64,000 bases of DNA from the NCBI GenBank assembly GCA_016779945.1, contig JADHMR010000001.1, positions 13,750 through 77,749 of the forward strand, given 5' to 3'. A program made the translations under genes and the position numbers. Source of the stretch: Bacteroidia bacterium (GTDB taxonomy: Bacteria > Bacteroidota > Bacteroidia > NS11-12g > UBA9320). Every line of letters starts with the position of its first letter. Within the stretch, counting starts at the first letter, position 1. Below, piece after piece: positions 20,928 to 30,736 of this stretch. Below the pieces are notes generated by a model that saw only the letters and a list, made by a program, of their open reading frames with translations, was not told the DNA's origin and ran no database searches.

Positions 20928-21892
20928 TGAAACCAATTAGTGAATTTATAGATAAATACTTCCTGCATTTCAATGCGGCCGCATTAGTAGATGCTGCAGA
21001 AGAATACAACAACCAATTGGTTTTAGGAAATAAAATGATGGTTACCCTTGCAGGTGCAATGAGTACTGCTGAACTCGGTAAAATTTTAGCTGAAATGATC
21101 CGTCAAGACAAAGTTCATTGTATTAGTTGTACGGGAGCTAATTTAGAGGAAGATGTCATGAATCTAGTAGCACATGACCATTACAAGAGAATCCCTAATT
21201 ATCGGGACTTAACACCCACTGACGAACAACAATTATTAGATCAAAAACTCAATAGAGTAACTGATACATGTATCCCAGAGGAAGAGGCATTCAGAAAAAT
21301 TCAACACAACATTGAACGTTTTTGGAAGGATGCAGAATCAAATGGAAAAAGATTTCTACCCCATGAATATATGTATCAAATGTTATTGGATGGTTGCTTG
21401 AAAGAACATTATCAAATTGACCCTGCAGACTCGTGGCTTCTCGCTGCTGCTGAAAAAAACCTACCTATGGTGGTTCCTGGCTGGGAGGATAGCACGCTCG
21501 GAAATATTTTTGCTAGTAATTGTATTGTCGGCGATTTGATACCTAGTACAGTGAAAAGTGGTATTGAATATATGACTTATCTCGCTGATTGGTACATTGA
21601 TACAAGTAAAAATTCATCGATAGGATTTTTCCAAATTGGTGGAGGTATTGCTGGTGATTTCCCAATTTGTGTTGTTCCTATGCTGGAGCAGGATTTGGAA
21701 AAGCCTACTAAATTGTGGAGCTACTTTTGCCAAATTAGTGATAGTACTACTAGTTATGGCTCATACTCTGGTGCTGTACCTAATGAGAAAATTACATGGG
21801 GGAAATTAGCTAAAGAAACCCCGAAATTTATTATTGAAAGTGACGCAACCATTGTTGCTCCGCTAATGTTTGCCAAGATTCTTGGGTGGTAA
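20927..21892 (+). CDS. Deoxyhypusine synthase-like protein (candidate homospermidine synthase)
   Basis: 321 aa. DHS-family fold signature (GAMSTAELGK...SCTGANLEED...GGGIAGDFP). Its start ATG overlaps the upstream stop (TAATGA). Confidence 0.6.
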   Translation: MKPISEFIDKYFLHFNAAALVDAAEEYNNQLVLGNKMMVTLAGAMSTAELGKILAEMIRQDKVHCISCTGANLEEDVMNLVAHDHYKRIPNYRDLTPTDEQQLLDQKLNRVTDTCIPEEEAFRKIQHNIERFWKDAESNGKRFLPHEYMYQMLLDGCLKEHYQIDPADSWLLAAAEKNLPMVVPGWEDSTLGNIFASNCIVGDLIPSTVKSGIEYMTYLADWYIDTSKNSSIGFFQIGGGIAGDFPICVVPMLEQDLEKPTKLWSYFCQISDSTTSYGSYSGAVPNEKITWGKLAKETPKFIIESDATIVAPLMFAKILGW

Positions 21893-21908
21893 TAATCGGA
21901 TAAACCAA

Positions 21909-22811
21909 TTAATCCTCTCTCATCATAATTTTAATAAGATTCAAGACCTGATCTTTCTTACTGTGATTATTTTCTTTGGAAAAAGAAACTTCTAAATTTC
22001 TTAAAATTCTAATTATGATATCTCTGTTCTCACAAATTTTAAAATAATCTTCTTTAACCTCTAATTTGAGTTGTTTTAGAAATTTATGAATATTCTCTTG
22101 GTTAAATATAAGTCCATTATTAAACGGGTTGATGTAAAACAAGATGTCATTGTACTGACTTTCCCTTGACAGTGACTCATCGTTAAATCTTAACAATGGG
22201 GGCCACTCAAGGTCTTTCACATATCCAAGAATAAAATGCTGAGGTAGATTAACTCCATAAATGGGAATATTCAACCTTTGTGCTACGATGCTGTATATTA
22301 CGGCCAATGAAATTGGATTTCCTTTTTTTCGTTCTAATACCGAAGATAAAAAGGAATTTTTACTGTGATGATAGTTTTCTGTATCCCCAGTAAATTTGTG
22401 AACATCAAAGATAATTCGATTCAATATCTTAACTTTTTCAAATGATGTTAAATCATAATTCAACTCTAACCAAGCATCTAATTTTATCTTATCTAATTGA
22501 TTTTCAAGATACTGACGATCAAGATTCGGATCTAAAATCTTATTTATGATAAAAACACCATCTAATAAGTCTTGCTCTTCAGAATTCAGCCAAGACTCTA
22601 ATTCTTCGGCTAACATATTTTGTTTAATTCGCTTAATAAGGTTTACGATTTTTTCTTGTCTTATTGCAGACTCTTCGGAAGGCCATAGCGATTCTAAAAA
22701 AGGGATTGAACTTAATCCATAAGAAAAAATTTTTTCTTCTATATGACTAACTACACGATCATCAGAATCGTCTAGTAGATAAACCATATTTTTTAATTCA
22801 TTGACGTCCAT
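21909..22811 (-). CDS. Hypothetical protein, transglutaminase-like (SirB1/UPF0162-like) family
   Basis: KGNPISLAVIYSIVAQRLNIPIYGVNLPQHFILGY resembles the transglutaminase-core-2 segment of SirB1/YchA-family proteins. No catalytic triad confirmed. Confidence 0.4.
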   Translation of the reverse strand: MDVNELKNMVYLLDDSDDRVVSHIEEKIFSYGLSSIPFLESLWPSEESAIRQEKIVNLIKRIKQNMLAEELESWLNSEEQDLLDGVFIINKILDPNLDRQYLENQLDKIKLDAWLELNYDLTSFEKVKILNRIIFDVHKFTGDTENYHHSKNSFLSSVLERKKGNPISLAVIYSIVAQRLNIPIYGVNLPQHFILGYVKDLEWPPLLRFNDESLSRESQYNDILFYINPFNNGLIFNQENIHKFLKQLKLEVKEDYFKICENRDIIIRILRNLEVSFSKENNHSKKDQVLNLIKIMMRED

Positions 22812-22844
22812 TAAATCTAACGACTTAACACAACATAATTAGCA

Positions 22845-25163
22845 CTATTTTTTTGCCGATTTTTTAACCTTTCGTTTTCCTTTTGCTGGCTGGTTTTCCA
22901 TTATATGTTTTACCTCATCTAAGGATAGTTTGGATGGATCTTCGAGGTCTTTTGGTAATTTGTAATTTTTCTTACCTGACTTAATATATGGTCCCCATCT
23001 TCCGTTTAGAATTTCTGTATCAGGATCTTCCTCGAATTTTTTAATTATACGATTAGCATCCGCTATTTTTTTTGCCTCAATTAGTTCGATAGCTCTAGCC
23101 AATTCAATGGTCATAACATCCTCCTCTTTAGGAATAGATACAAACATTTTTTGATGTTGTACATAAGGTCCAAATCTACCAATATTAGCTTTTACATCCA
23201 CATCCGCATAAACACCAAGAATCCTAGGCATTTTAAATAGGTCTAATGCTTCTTCTAACGTTATATTATTGATATTTTGTCCTTTGGTGAGACTAGCAAA
23301 TCTTGGCTTTCCCTCGTCATCTTGCTCTCCAATTTGAACCATGGGTCCGAAACGTCCTATTCTTGCAATGATAGGCTTACCTGTCTTGGGATCATTACCC
23401 AATGCTCTTTCACCTGTTGCTCTCCCCGCATTTTCAAGTATTTTAGTGACATTTTTACTAAATGGTTGGTAAAAATCATCGATCATTTGGGACCAATTTT
23501 TCATTCCCTCAGCAATTTCGTCAAACTCTTTCTCAACGCTTGCTGTGAAACCAAAATCCATAATTTCACTGAAATGTTCGATCAAAAATTCAGTAACTAC
23601 CCTCCCGATGTCACTTGGATGAAGCTTATTTTTATCAGCACCATAATTCTCGTTGAGTTTTTCACTAATAATTTCATCATTTTTCAATGTAAGAACATCA
23701 TAAGATCGAGACTTTCCATCAATTTCGTCTTTAACTACGTAGCCGCGTTTCTGGACAGTTGATATTGTTGGAGCATAGGTAGATGGTCTGCCAATACCCA
23801 ACTCTTCCAATCGTTTCACTAAGCTGGCTTCAGTAAATCTTGCAGGAGGTCTTGTGTATCTTTGTGTAGCTTTTATTTCTGAGAGTTCAAGAACTTGACC
23901 TTCAGCTACTTGAGGGAGTAATCCACTGTCTTCTTCGTCATTCTCATCATCCGTACCCTCAAGATATACCTTAAGAAATCCATCAAATTTTATTACCTCA
24001 CCTTTAGCTTTGAAGGCATCTGCATTCTTATCATTAACTATTTCGATAGTTGTTCGTTCAAGTTGTGCATCACTCATTTGAGAAGCAATAGCTCTTTTCC
24101 AAATCAGTTGATAAAGCCTCATTTGTGCTTCATCATCTCCAGCACTGTTTATATCAAAATTGGTAGGCCTTATTGCTTCGTGAGCTTCTTGAGCACTATC
24201 ATTTTTGGTAGCGTATTTTCTTGGTTTTGAATATTGTTCACCATATTCGGTGTTGATGGTGTTTTGGGCACTTTTTCGGGCGAAATCAGATAGATTTACT
24301 GAATCCGTCCTCATGTATGTAATATGTCCATTTTCGTACAACCGCTGAGCAAGCATCATTGTTCTTGATACATTGAAACCCAATTTTCTACTGGCTTCTT
24401 GTTGAAGTGTAGAGGTTGTAAATGGTGCTGATGGATAGCGTTTAGCAGGTACTGTCTTGATTGAACCTACCTTGAATGTTGCACCTTTACAGCTAGCTAA
24501 AAACTCATTGGCTTCCTGAAGCTTAGCTGGTCGCTTAGCTAAATCTGCACGAATAGGCTTGGCTGATGTCTGAAACAATCCTTGTAATTTGAAACTCGAG
24601 CTTGTGACGAAATCTTCAATTTGTTTTTCTCGTTCTACTATTAATCGTACGGCAACACTTTGAACTCTTCCCGCACTCAACGATGGCTTTACTTTTCTCC
24701 ATAAAACAGGAGAAAGTTGAAAACCTACCAAACGATCAAGAACCCTTCTTGCTTGTTGGGCCTTAACTAAATTATTATCTATATCTCTTGGATTTTCTAT
24801 GGCGTGCAAAATTGCAGACTTTGTAATTTCATGAAATACAATTCGTTTGGTGTTATTGGGTTTTAACCCCAAAACTTCAGATAGGTGCCATGATATCGCT
24901 TCTCCCTCACGATCTTCATCCGAAGCAAGCCATACCATATCGGCATCTTTTGCAAGCTTCTTTAGCTCTGTAACGATTTTCTTTTTATCTGTTGATACAA
25001 TATAATTGGGCAGATACCCCTTCTCTATATCTATAGCTGAGTCTCCTTTGGCTAAATCACGAATGTGTCCAAAACTTGACTTAACTGTGAAGCCCTCACC
25101 TAAAAACTTTTCAATTGTCTTTGCCTTGGCTGGGGACTCTACTATAACTAAATTCTTTGCCAT
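22845..25163 (-). CDS. topA: DNA topoisomerase I
   Basis: MAKNLVIVESPAKAKTIEKFLG (TOPRIM), active-site Tyr region, C-terminal repeats and a Lys-rich tail. 772 aa. Confidence 0.9.
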   Translation of the reverse strand: MAKNLVIVESPAKAKTIEKFLGEGFTVKSSFGHIRDLAKGDSAIDIEKGYLPNYIVSTDKKKIVTELKKLAKDADMVWLASDEDREGEAISWHLSEVLGLKPNNTKRIVFHEITKSAILHAIENPRDIDNNLVKAQQARRVLDRLVGFQLSPVLWRKVKPSLSAGRVQSVAVRLIVEREKQIEDFVTSSSFKLQGLFQTSAKPIRADLAKRPAKLQEANEFLASCKGATFKVGSIKTVPAKRYPSAPFTTSTLQQEASRKLGFNVSRTMMLAQRLYENGHITYMRTDSVNLSDFARKSAQNTINTEYGEQYSKPRKYATKNDSAQEAHEAIRPTNFDINSAGDDEAQMRLYQLIWKRAIASQMSDAQLERTTIEIVNDKNADAFKAKGEVIKFDGFLKVYLEGTDDENDEEDSGLLPQVAEGQVLELSEIKATQRYTRPPARFTEASLVKRLEELGIGRPSTYAPTISTVQKRGYVVKDEIDGKSRSYDVLTLKNDEIISEKLNENYGADKNKLHPSDIGRVVTEFLIEHFSEIMDFGFTASVEKEFDEIAEGMKNWSQMIDDFYQPFSKNVTKILENAGRATGERALGNDPKTGKPIIARIGRFGPMVQIGEQDDEGKPRFASLTKGQNINNITLEEALDLFKMPRILGVYADVDVKANIGRFGPYVQHQKMFVSIPKEEDVMTIELARAIELIEAKKIADANRIIKKFEEDPDTEILNGRWGPYIKSGKKNYKLPKDLEDPSKLSLDEVKHIMENQPAKGKRKVKKSAKK

Positions 25164-27250
25164 TATTTTCTGATAATAAGTTTACTAGACCATGTATTGT
25201 TTTCATTCGTCACAGATAATATGTACAAACCATTTGGTAGATCAGAGGAATCTACTATCATTTGTTCTGAATTTATTTTCTTTTGTATAAGCAATCTACC
25301 AGTCACATCCCTAACAACTATTTCTCCTCGAGCAATATTATTATTGGATTTAACTGTAAATCTATTTTGTGCTGGATTAGGGATTATCTTCCATGCCAAC
25401 TCTTGATTTAGGATAGGTGCGGATAGAGCAAACTCCCCAATATTGATGTCGTCAATAAATACTGAATTTCCTTGCTGACTAATCACGTCAAATCTTAGGA
25501 ATAAATTACTTGCATCTTTGTATTTTGATAAACTAATTGAAGCCCTTCCCCAGTCTGAACTAGATTGAGGTATCCAATCTGGTGACACCTCTGGTCCTGT
25601 AACTAAATTATTACTATTGTATGCTTTCAATGTAGACCAAGATTGACCACAATTATCTGAAGCTAATACAAGTAATATTTCGGAGGCACTTGACACCCTT
25701 CTTGAATAGGCATATTTAAAATGTAGATTTAAGGGCACTTCATATTCACTAACATCAACTGGTTTAGATATTGATTGCATGCGAAGCGATTGGGGTGTAT
25801 TTTCATTTACGAAGGCCATGATAGAGTTATTTCCTGAGAAACCGGTAAAGTTTACACGTTCCCAACCATTCCCAGATAAATCTTGTTCAAGCTGCCATTC
25901 GGATGTAGAGTTATTTGATTCAAAATCCTGACCAAATGGGGCCTTAGATTCAGCTACATTAGGCAAAACTGACACAAATAAAATTCGACTAGCTGAAGTT
26001 CCTCCAGCACTGTTGGAGACCTCTAACTCTACTTTATAAACTCCTGGAGTATTATATACTATCTCTGGATTTACATCTGATGATATTGCAGGAGTTCCTC
26101 CTTCGAATTTCCAAGTTCTTGAGGTAATGTCTCCGTTATAACTAAAGTCTTTGAATTTCATACTCGATCCCGCACAAATTACTTTATTATCTGGGTTATC
26201 ATACCAAAAATCGGCTTTTGGTATAGAAACAGGATTGATATTTACTCCAGTAGCTACGATGTTGGAAGCGGCAATATTTCTTGCCCTATAACTAGTACTT
26301 GCTAAAAAGCCATTTACGCGAGCAAGTTGTCCGTTTGTAAATGCATTCATACAACTCCCATTTGCATAATCCATGTAGTTTTCAACCATGTCAATCTCGT
26401 CAGGAAAATCACTATTACAAGTATTGGGATTTTGCCCTGAGGTACAACCATAAGAAGCTTCCAATACAGGCGGAGTGTCATCTACACGATCGCCATCGCC
26501 AAAACAACCTCCTTGAAATGGATGGAAAAGTCCTAACCAATGACCAATTTCGTGTGTTAATGTTCGGCCCTTCCCTGACGATGAAGAGCTTGCAGTTCCT
26601 ATCGTACCTACACGGTCATGAATCATTACAATACCATCTGTTGACGCTTGATTTCCAGGAAATTGAGCGTAACCTAATATCGTTCCTGTACCACTGCTTT
26701 TAATTTCTTTAACTACCCATATATTCAGGTATTTATTTCTATCCCAGGCTGGTACCGCTGATTTGGCTTCGTTATCACTATCTTCATAGTCCTCAATCAT
26801 ATTTACCGGATCGTAAGTTCGAGTAATTCCCTCAGTGTATGATCCATCAGGTGCAATTCTTGCTAATTTAAATTCAATATCAAAGTTTGCTGCTCTACTT
26901 TTAAAGAAATCCCTTGTATTTGAAGCATCGGCATTTTTTCGTTGAAAATCTTCGTTGATTACACGCATCTGGTCTTCAATCTGTGCTTTGCTAATATTCT
27001 CATCACCATAAGCATGAATTACATGAAATACAACGGGTATAACTCGTGAAGCTTTTTTACTCTTTATATCCAGAGACTCATCATACTTAACACCATTTTG
27101 AATATACGTTTGCTCTAGGTAATCTACATAAGTTTGACCTTCTGATAATTTATCTTTGACTAGTCGGTAATTATATTCATCAGTACCGCATTGGGCGATT
27201 ACAAATGTTGAAAGTAGCGTTAAGAGTACGGTGTAAGTTAATTTTTTCAT
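25163..27250 (-). CDS. Secreted zinc metalloprotease (M43 pappalysin/cytophagalysin-like) with a T9SS C-terminal sorting domain
   Basis: Signal peptide MKKLTYTVLLTLLSTFVIAQ. HEIGHWLGLFH is an HExxHxxGxxH zinc site. C-terminal roughly 80 aa (KIIPNPAQNRFTVKS...GLYILSVTNENNTWSSKLIIRK) resembles a Por/T9SS type-A CTD. Confidence 0.75.
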   Translation of the reverse strand: MKKLTYTVLLTLLSTFVIAQCGTDEYNYRLVKDKLSEGQTYVDYLEQTYIQNGVKYDESLDIKSKKASRVIPVVFHVIHAYGDENISKAQIEDQMRVINEDFQRKNADASNTRDFFKSRAANFDIEFKLARIAPDGSYTEGITRTYDPVNMIEDYEDSDNEAKSAVPAWDRNKYLNIWVVKEIKSSGTGTILGYAQFPGNQASTDGIVMIHDRVGTIGTASSSSSGKGRTLTHEIGHWLGLFHPFQGGCFGDGDRVDDTPPVLEASYGCTSGQNPNTCNSDFPDEIDMVENYMDYANGSCMNAFTNGQLARVNGFLASTSYRARNIAASNIVATGVNINPVSIPKADFWYDNPDNKVICAGSSMKFKDFSYNGDITSRTWKFEGGTPAISSDVNPEIVYNTPGVYKVELEVSNSAGGTSASRILFVSVLPNVAESKAPFGQDFESNNSTSEWQLEQDLSGNGWERVNFTGFSGNNSIMAFVNENTPQSLRMQSISKPVDVSEYEVPLNLHFKYAYSRRVSSASEILLVLASDNCGQSWSTLKAYNSNNLVTGPEVSPDWIPQSSSDWGRASISLSKYKDASNLFLRFDVISQQGNSVFIDDINIGEFALSAPILNQELAWKIIPNPAQNRFTVKSNNNIARGEIVVRDVTGRLLIQKKINSEQMIVDSSDLPNGLYILSVTNENNTWSSKLIIRK

Positions 27251-27331
27251 GCTTTAGTTGGAGTACAAATAAAAAGTTATAGTCTCTCTATCACTAATTA
27301 AATAAACCATATTTGAGTCATAATTGTTCTG

Positions 27332-28738
27332 TTATTCTTTTTCACTCACTTCTTCGGAGGCTGCAATTATAGACGAAACTGTTGCATCTCCTGTAACATT
27401 AACAACTGTTCTACACATATCTAATATTCTATCCACTGGGAGTATGATGGCAATCCATGCAGGGTTCAAGCCTACACTTTCCAACACAACAATCATGAGC
27501 ACAAGTCCGGCACTTGGTACAGCAGCAGCACCAATACTTGCTAATGTAGCTGTAAGTACTATAACCATCTGTTGAGCAAATGTTAAATCAATCATATGAA
27601 ATTGAGCCATGGCAACAACAGCAATTGCTTGATATAAACTTGTACCATCCATATTAACGGTTGCACCAATTGGTAAAACAAAACTTGAAATAGGTTTTGG
27701 AACATTTAAATTATCATGAACACAATCCATGGTCACAGGCAAAGTAGCCATACTACTCGATGTTGAAAAAGCTGTAAGTTGAGCCTTACTAATTCCTTTC
27801 AAAAATTGTGCAATAGAAAGTCGCTTCACAAAAAGATGAATCAATAGAGGATAAAAAATAAATGCTACCAAGAACAATGCTAAAACAACCACCCAAGAAT
27901 AATGTCCCAAAAACAATAATTGCTCTTTCAGTTTATCCATATTTTCACCTGCTGCCTCAACAAGGCTACCAGCCATTAAAGTAAAAACAAAGAAGGGCAT
28001 TGTTTTAATTATGATATTAACCATAGCCACAAAAAGCTCATTCAATCCTTCCATAAGTTCACGAACTGGTTTTGCATGTTCGTCTTTCAAATTCACAAGA
28101 ACAACCCCAAAAAAGATGGCAAAAAAGATGATTTGTAACATTTCCATTTCAGCCAATGCAACAATTACATTTTTGGGTACAATATCCACTAGTGGAGCTA
28201 ATGGACCTTTACTTTTATTACTATTTGCTTTATCAATCTTATCCTGCACAGCTGGGCTAATAGCAGAAGAACTTACTCTTTTTTGAACTGCTTTGATTAG
28301 TTTTTCATTTTTTGGATTTTCTAATTCATTGATTTCATCCAAAGCTAAAACGTGCGGATTGTTAGCTAGCCATAGTTCATATTCTATTCTTTTTTCAAGC
28401 CTCGATTCGTCAGAAGTAAACTCACCGGGTTTAATGAGATTTACCAACAAAAGTCCAATGAGAATTGCACTCATTGTAGTCCCCACATAAATCAAAAGGG
28501 TTTTAACTCCCACCCTACCCAATTGCTTGATGTTTTTTAAACTACTAATACCCGTAATTATGCTGAACAAAACCAAAGGAACAGCAATTAGTTTCAATAG
28601 GTTTATAAAAATGTCACCAAAAGGCGAAATATATGCTTTAGTAAAACCTTGCCATCCCATGCTTACTGCTAGCACTGCATATAATACCCCAAGGACTAAA
28701 GCAATAATTACCTGCCAATGCAAAGCAATTTTTTTCAT
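27332..28738 (-). CDS. Sodium/proton:dicarboxylate (glutamate/aspartate) symporter, DAACS family
   Basis: 468-aa polytopic protein. The GATVNMDGT (NMDG-like) and SSSMATLPVT motifs are typical of GltP/DctA-family carriers. Confidence 0.75.
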   Translation of the reverse strand: MKKIALHWQVIIALVLGVLYAVLAVSMGWQGFTKAYISPFGDIFINLLKLIAVPLVLFSIITGISSLKNIKQLGRVGVKTLLIYVGTTMSAILIGLLLVNLIKPGEFTSDESRLEKRIEYELWLANNPHVLALDEINELENPKNEKLIKAVQKRVSSSAISPAVQDKIDKANSNKSKGPLAPLVDIVPKNVIVALAEMEMLQIIFFAIFFGVVLVNLKDEHAKPVRELMEGLNELFVAMVNIIIKTMPFFVFTLMAGSLVEAAGENMDKLKEQLLFLGHYSWVVVLALFLVAFIFYPLLIHLFVKRLSIAQFLKGISKAQLTAFSTSSSMATLPVTMDCVHDNLNVPKPISSFVLPIGATVNMDGTSLYQAIAVVAMAQFHMIDLTFAQQMVIVLTATLASIGAAAVPSAGLVLMIVVLESVGLNPAWIAIILPVDRILDMCRTVVNVTGDATVSSIIAASEEVSEKE

Positions 28739-28827
28739 GGCTTCAATGTTAGGTATTTTTTTTTACTCAAACACTTGTTTGAGCATTGAATAACATGTTT
28801 ACCAAAAATCTTAGAATTAGTAATCCA

Positions 28828-29655
28828 CTAATGATCAATAAATTTAATAACCTCTTGAACAACAGAGTCATCTCTTAACTTATGCCCAAAACCTTCTGTT
28901 CCAAGAAACCTCGATTTTGGCCATATTTTAGCCATTTCTTTGGCGTATTCAAATGGGGACTCTTTATCATTTATATCATGAACGATTAATCCAAAAGATT
29001 TTTGGTTTTTAGCAAATAGTTTTGAATCAAAATCGTTGATTTTTAAGCCTGAATAATTTGTAAAATAAGTAACTAAATTTCTTCTTGCCTTTGAAGATAA
29101 ATTCAGAACTCTAATAAACTCATCGATAAAAGAATCTGCATAACTTGGAGTCCCTAATGCAATTACTTTTGGAGGTGAAAGCAACGGATAATTGCTTAGT
29201 AAATACATTGTACTAAATGCCCCTAGACTATGAGAAAGTATTGAATCTACTTTATTTTGTTCGAGAAATTGCTGGATTAATCTTGCGTACATTGGTACAT
29301 TGAATAAAACACCATCAGACCTTCCATGAGCCGGAGCGTCAAGGCAAATCATTGTATACTTTTTTTTATCCAATACCTCAACATATTTTTTCCATTTGAA
29401 GCTATTGCTTTGCCATCCATGTAAACATAAAATTACTTTTTCACCACTACCCCATTTGTATTGAGCAATTCTTTTTCCTTCAAAATCAAGAAATGAAAAA
29501 TGACTTGTCTTTAAAAAATCAGATTGATATTTCTTAAACTTCAAAGGGAAAGGATAACAGAACAAAAGAAAGGCATGTTTGCCACCCAATCGAGGAGAAA
29601 TGGAATTCACCAACCTTAAATAGTTACTTAATAGATAAACTATTACCTTTTGCAT
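28828..29655 (-). CDS. Alpha/beta-fold hydrolase
   Basis: HG box (LCLHGWQSN), nucleophile elbow SHSLG, C-terminal His (FGHKLRDD). Confidence 0.6.
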   Translation of the reverse strand: MQKVIVYLLSNYLRLVNSISPRLGGKHAFLLFCYPFPLKFKKYQSDFLKTSHFSFLDFEGKRIAQYKWGSGEKVILCLHGWQSNSFKWKKYVEVLDKKKYTMICLDAPAHGRSDGVLFNVPMYARLIQQFLEQNKVDSILSHSLGAFSTMYLLSNYPLLSPPKVIALGTPSYADSFIDEFIRVLNLSSKARRNLVTYFTNYSGLKINDFDSKLFAKNQKSFGLIVHDINDKESPFEYAKEMAKIWPKSRFLGTEGFGHKLRDDSVVQEVIKFIDH

Positions 29656-29656
29656 T

Positions 29657-30736
29657 TTAGATAATCAAATCGCCAATGACTAGAGCTGCCATGGTTTCAA
29701 CAATAGGAACTGCTCTAGGGACAACGCACGGATCATGTCTTCCACTGGCTTCTAGAGTCACTTCATCTTCAGTTGTATTGAGCGTACTTTGCTCTACACC
29801 AATGGTTGAAGTTGGCTTGAAAGCTACCCGAAATACAACATCCATACCGTTACTGATTCCGCCCTGCACTCCACCCGAAAAATTACTTTGGGTTCTAATT
29901 TTGTCTCCTTCTTTGATGAAAGAATCATTCACTTCAGACCCCAACTTAGATGCCATGTCAAAACCTCCACCAATTTCAAACCCCTTTGTAGCATTGATGC
30001 TCATCATTGCATGTGCTAGAAGTGCGTTCAATTTTCCAAAAACAGGATTTCCTATTCCTGGCTTTATCCCAGAAATCACACATGTGATTACACCACCTAG
30101 ACTGTCTTTTGCACGCTTCGCTTGATGAATTGCCTGAACCATCTGTTCTGATGTTTCTTTATGAGGACATCGAACTATTGAGGTATCTATTTGAGTACGA
30201 CTAAATTTTTCATCATCACTTTTCATCAAAACATCCCCTATCTGAGAAACGTAACTAGAAATTTCTATACCATATTTTTTCTGGAGATAATCTTGAATTA
30301 ATGCCCCGGCTGCAACCCATCCTGCTGTTATTCGAGCACTGCTTCTACCACCTCCACGATAATCTCTTATGCCATACTTTGCTTGATAGGTAAAATCTGC
30401 ATGACTGGGCCTGTAAATATCTTTGAGATCATCATAATCTTTTGATTTTGCATCCATATTCAATAATTGAAAATGAATGGGTGCACCAGTAGTTTTACCC
30501 TCAAAAATACCACTTTGAATATCAACTAAATCTGATTCTTTTCTAGATGTAGTTAAGACAGACTGACCTGGCTTTCTTCTGTCTAACTGACTTTGAATAA
30601 AAGATATATCTATATCAAAACCTGCAGGAAATCCGTCTAATATTCCACCCACTGCTTTTCCATGGGATTCGCCATACGAAGTAAGTATGATATTTTTTCC
30701 GAAAGAATTCACTGCTTCAAAGGTACTCAATTTCAA
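29657..30736 (-). CDS. aroC: Chorismate synthase
   Basis: SYGESHGKAVGGILDGFPAG and GRSSARIT... motifs. TTG start at 30734-30736, overlapping the 3' end of aroA by 20 nt. Confidence 0.9.
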   Translation of the reverse strand: MKLSTFEAVNSFGKNIILTSYGESHGKAVGGILDGFPAGFDIDISFIQSQLDRRKPGQSVLTTSRKESDLVDIQSGIFEGKTTGAPIHFQLLNMDAKSKDYDDLKDIYRPSHADFTYQAKYGIRDYRGGGRSSARITAGWVAAGALIQDYLQKKYGIEISSYVSQIGDVLMKSDDEKFSRTQIDTSIVRCPHKETSEQMVQAIHQAKRAKDSLGGVITCVISGIKPGIGNPVFGKLNALLAHAMMSINATKGFEIGGGFDMASKLGSEVNDSFIKEGDKIRTQSNFSGGVQGGISNGMDVVFRVAFKPTSTIGVEQSTLNTTEDEVTLEASGRHDPCVVPRAVPIVETMAALVIGDLII

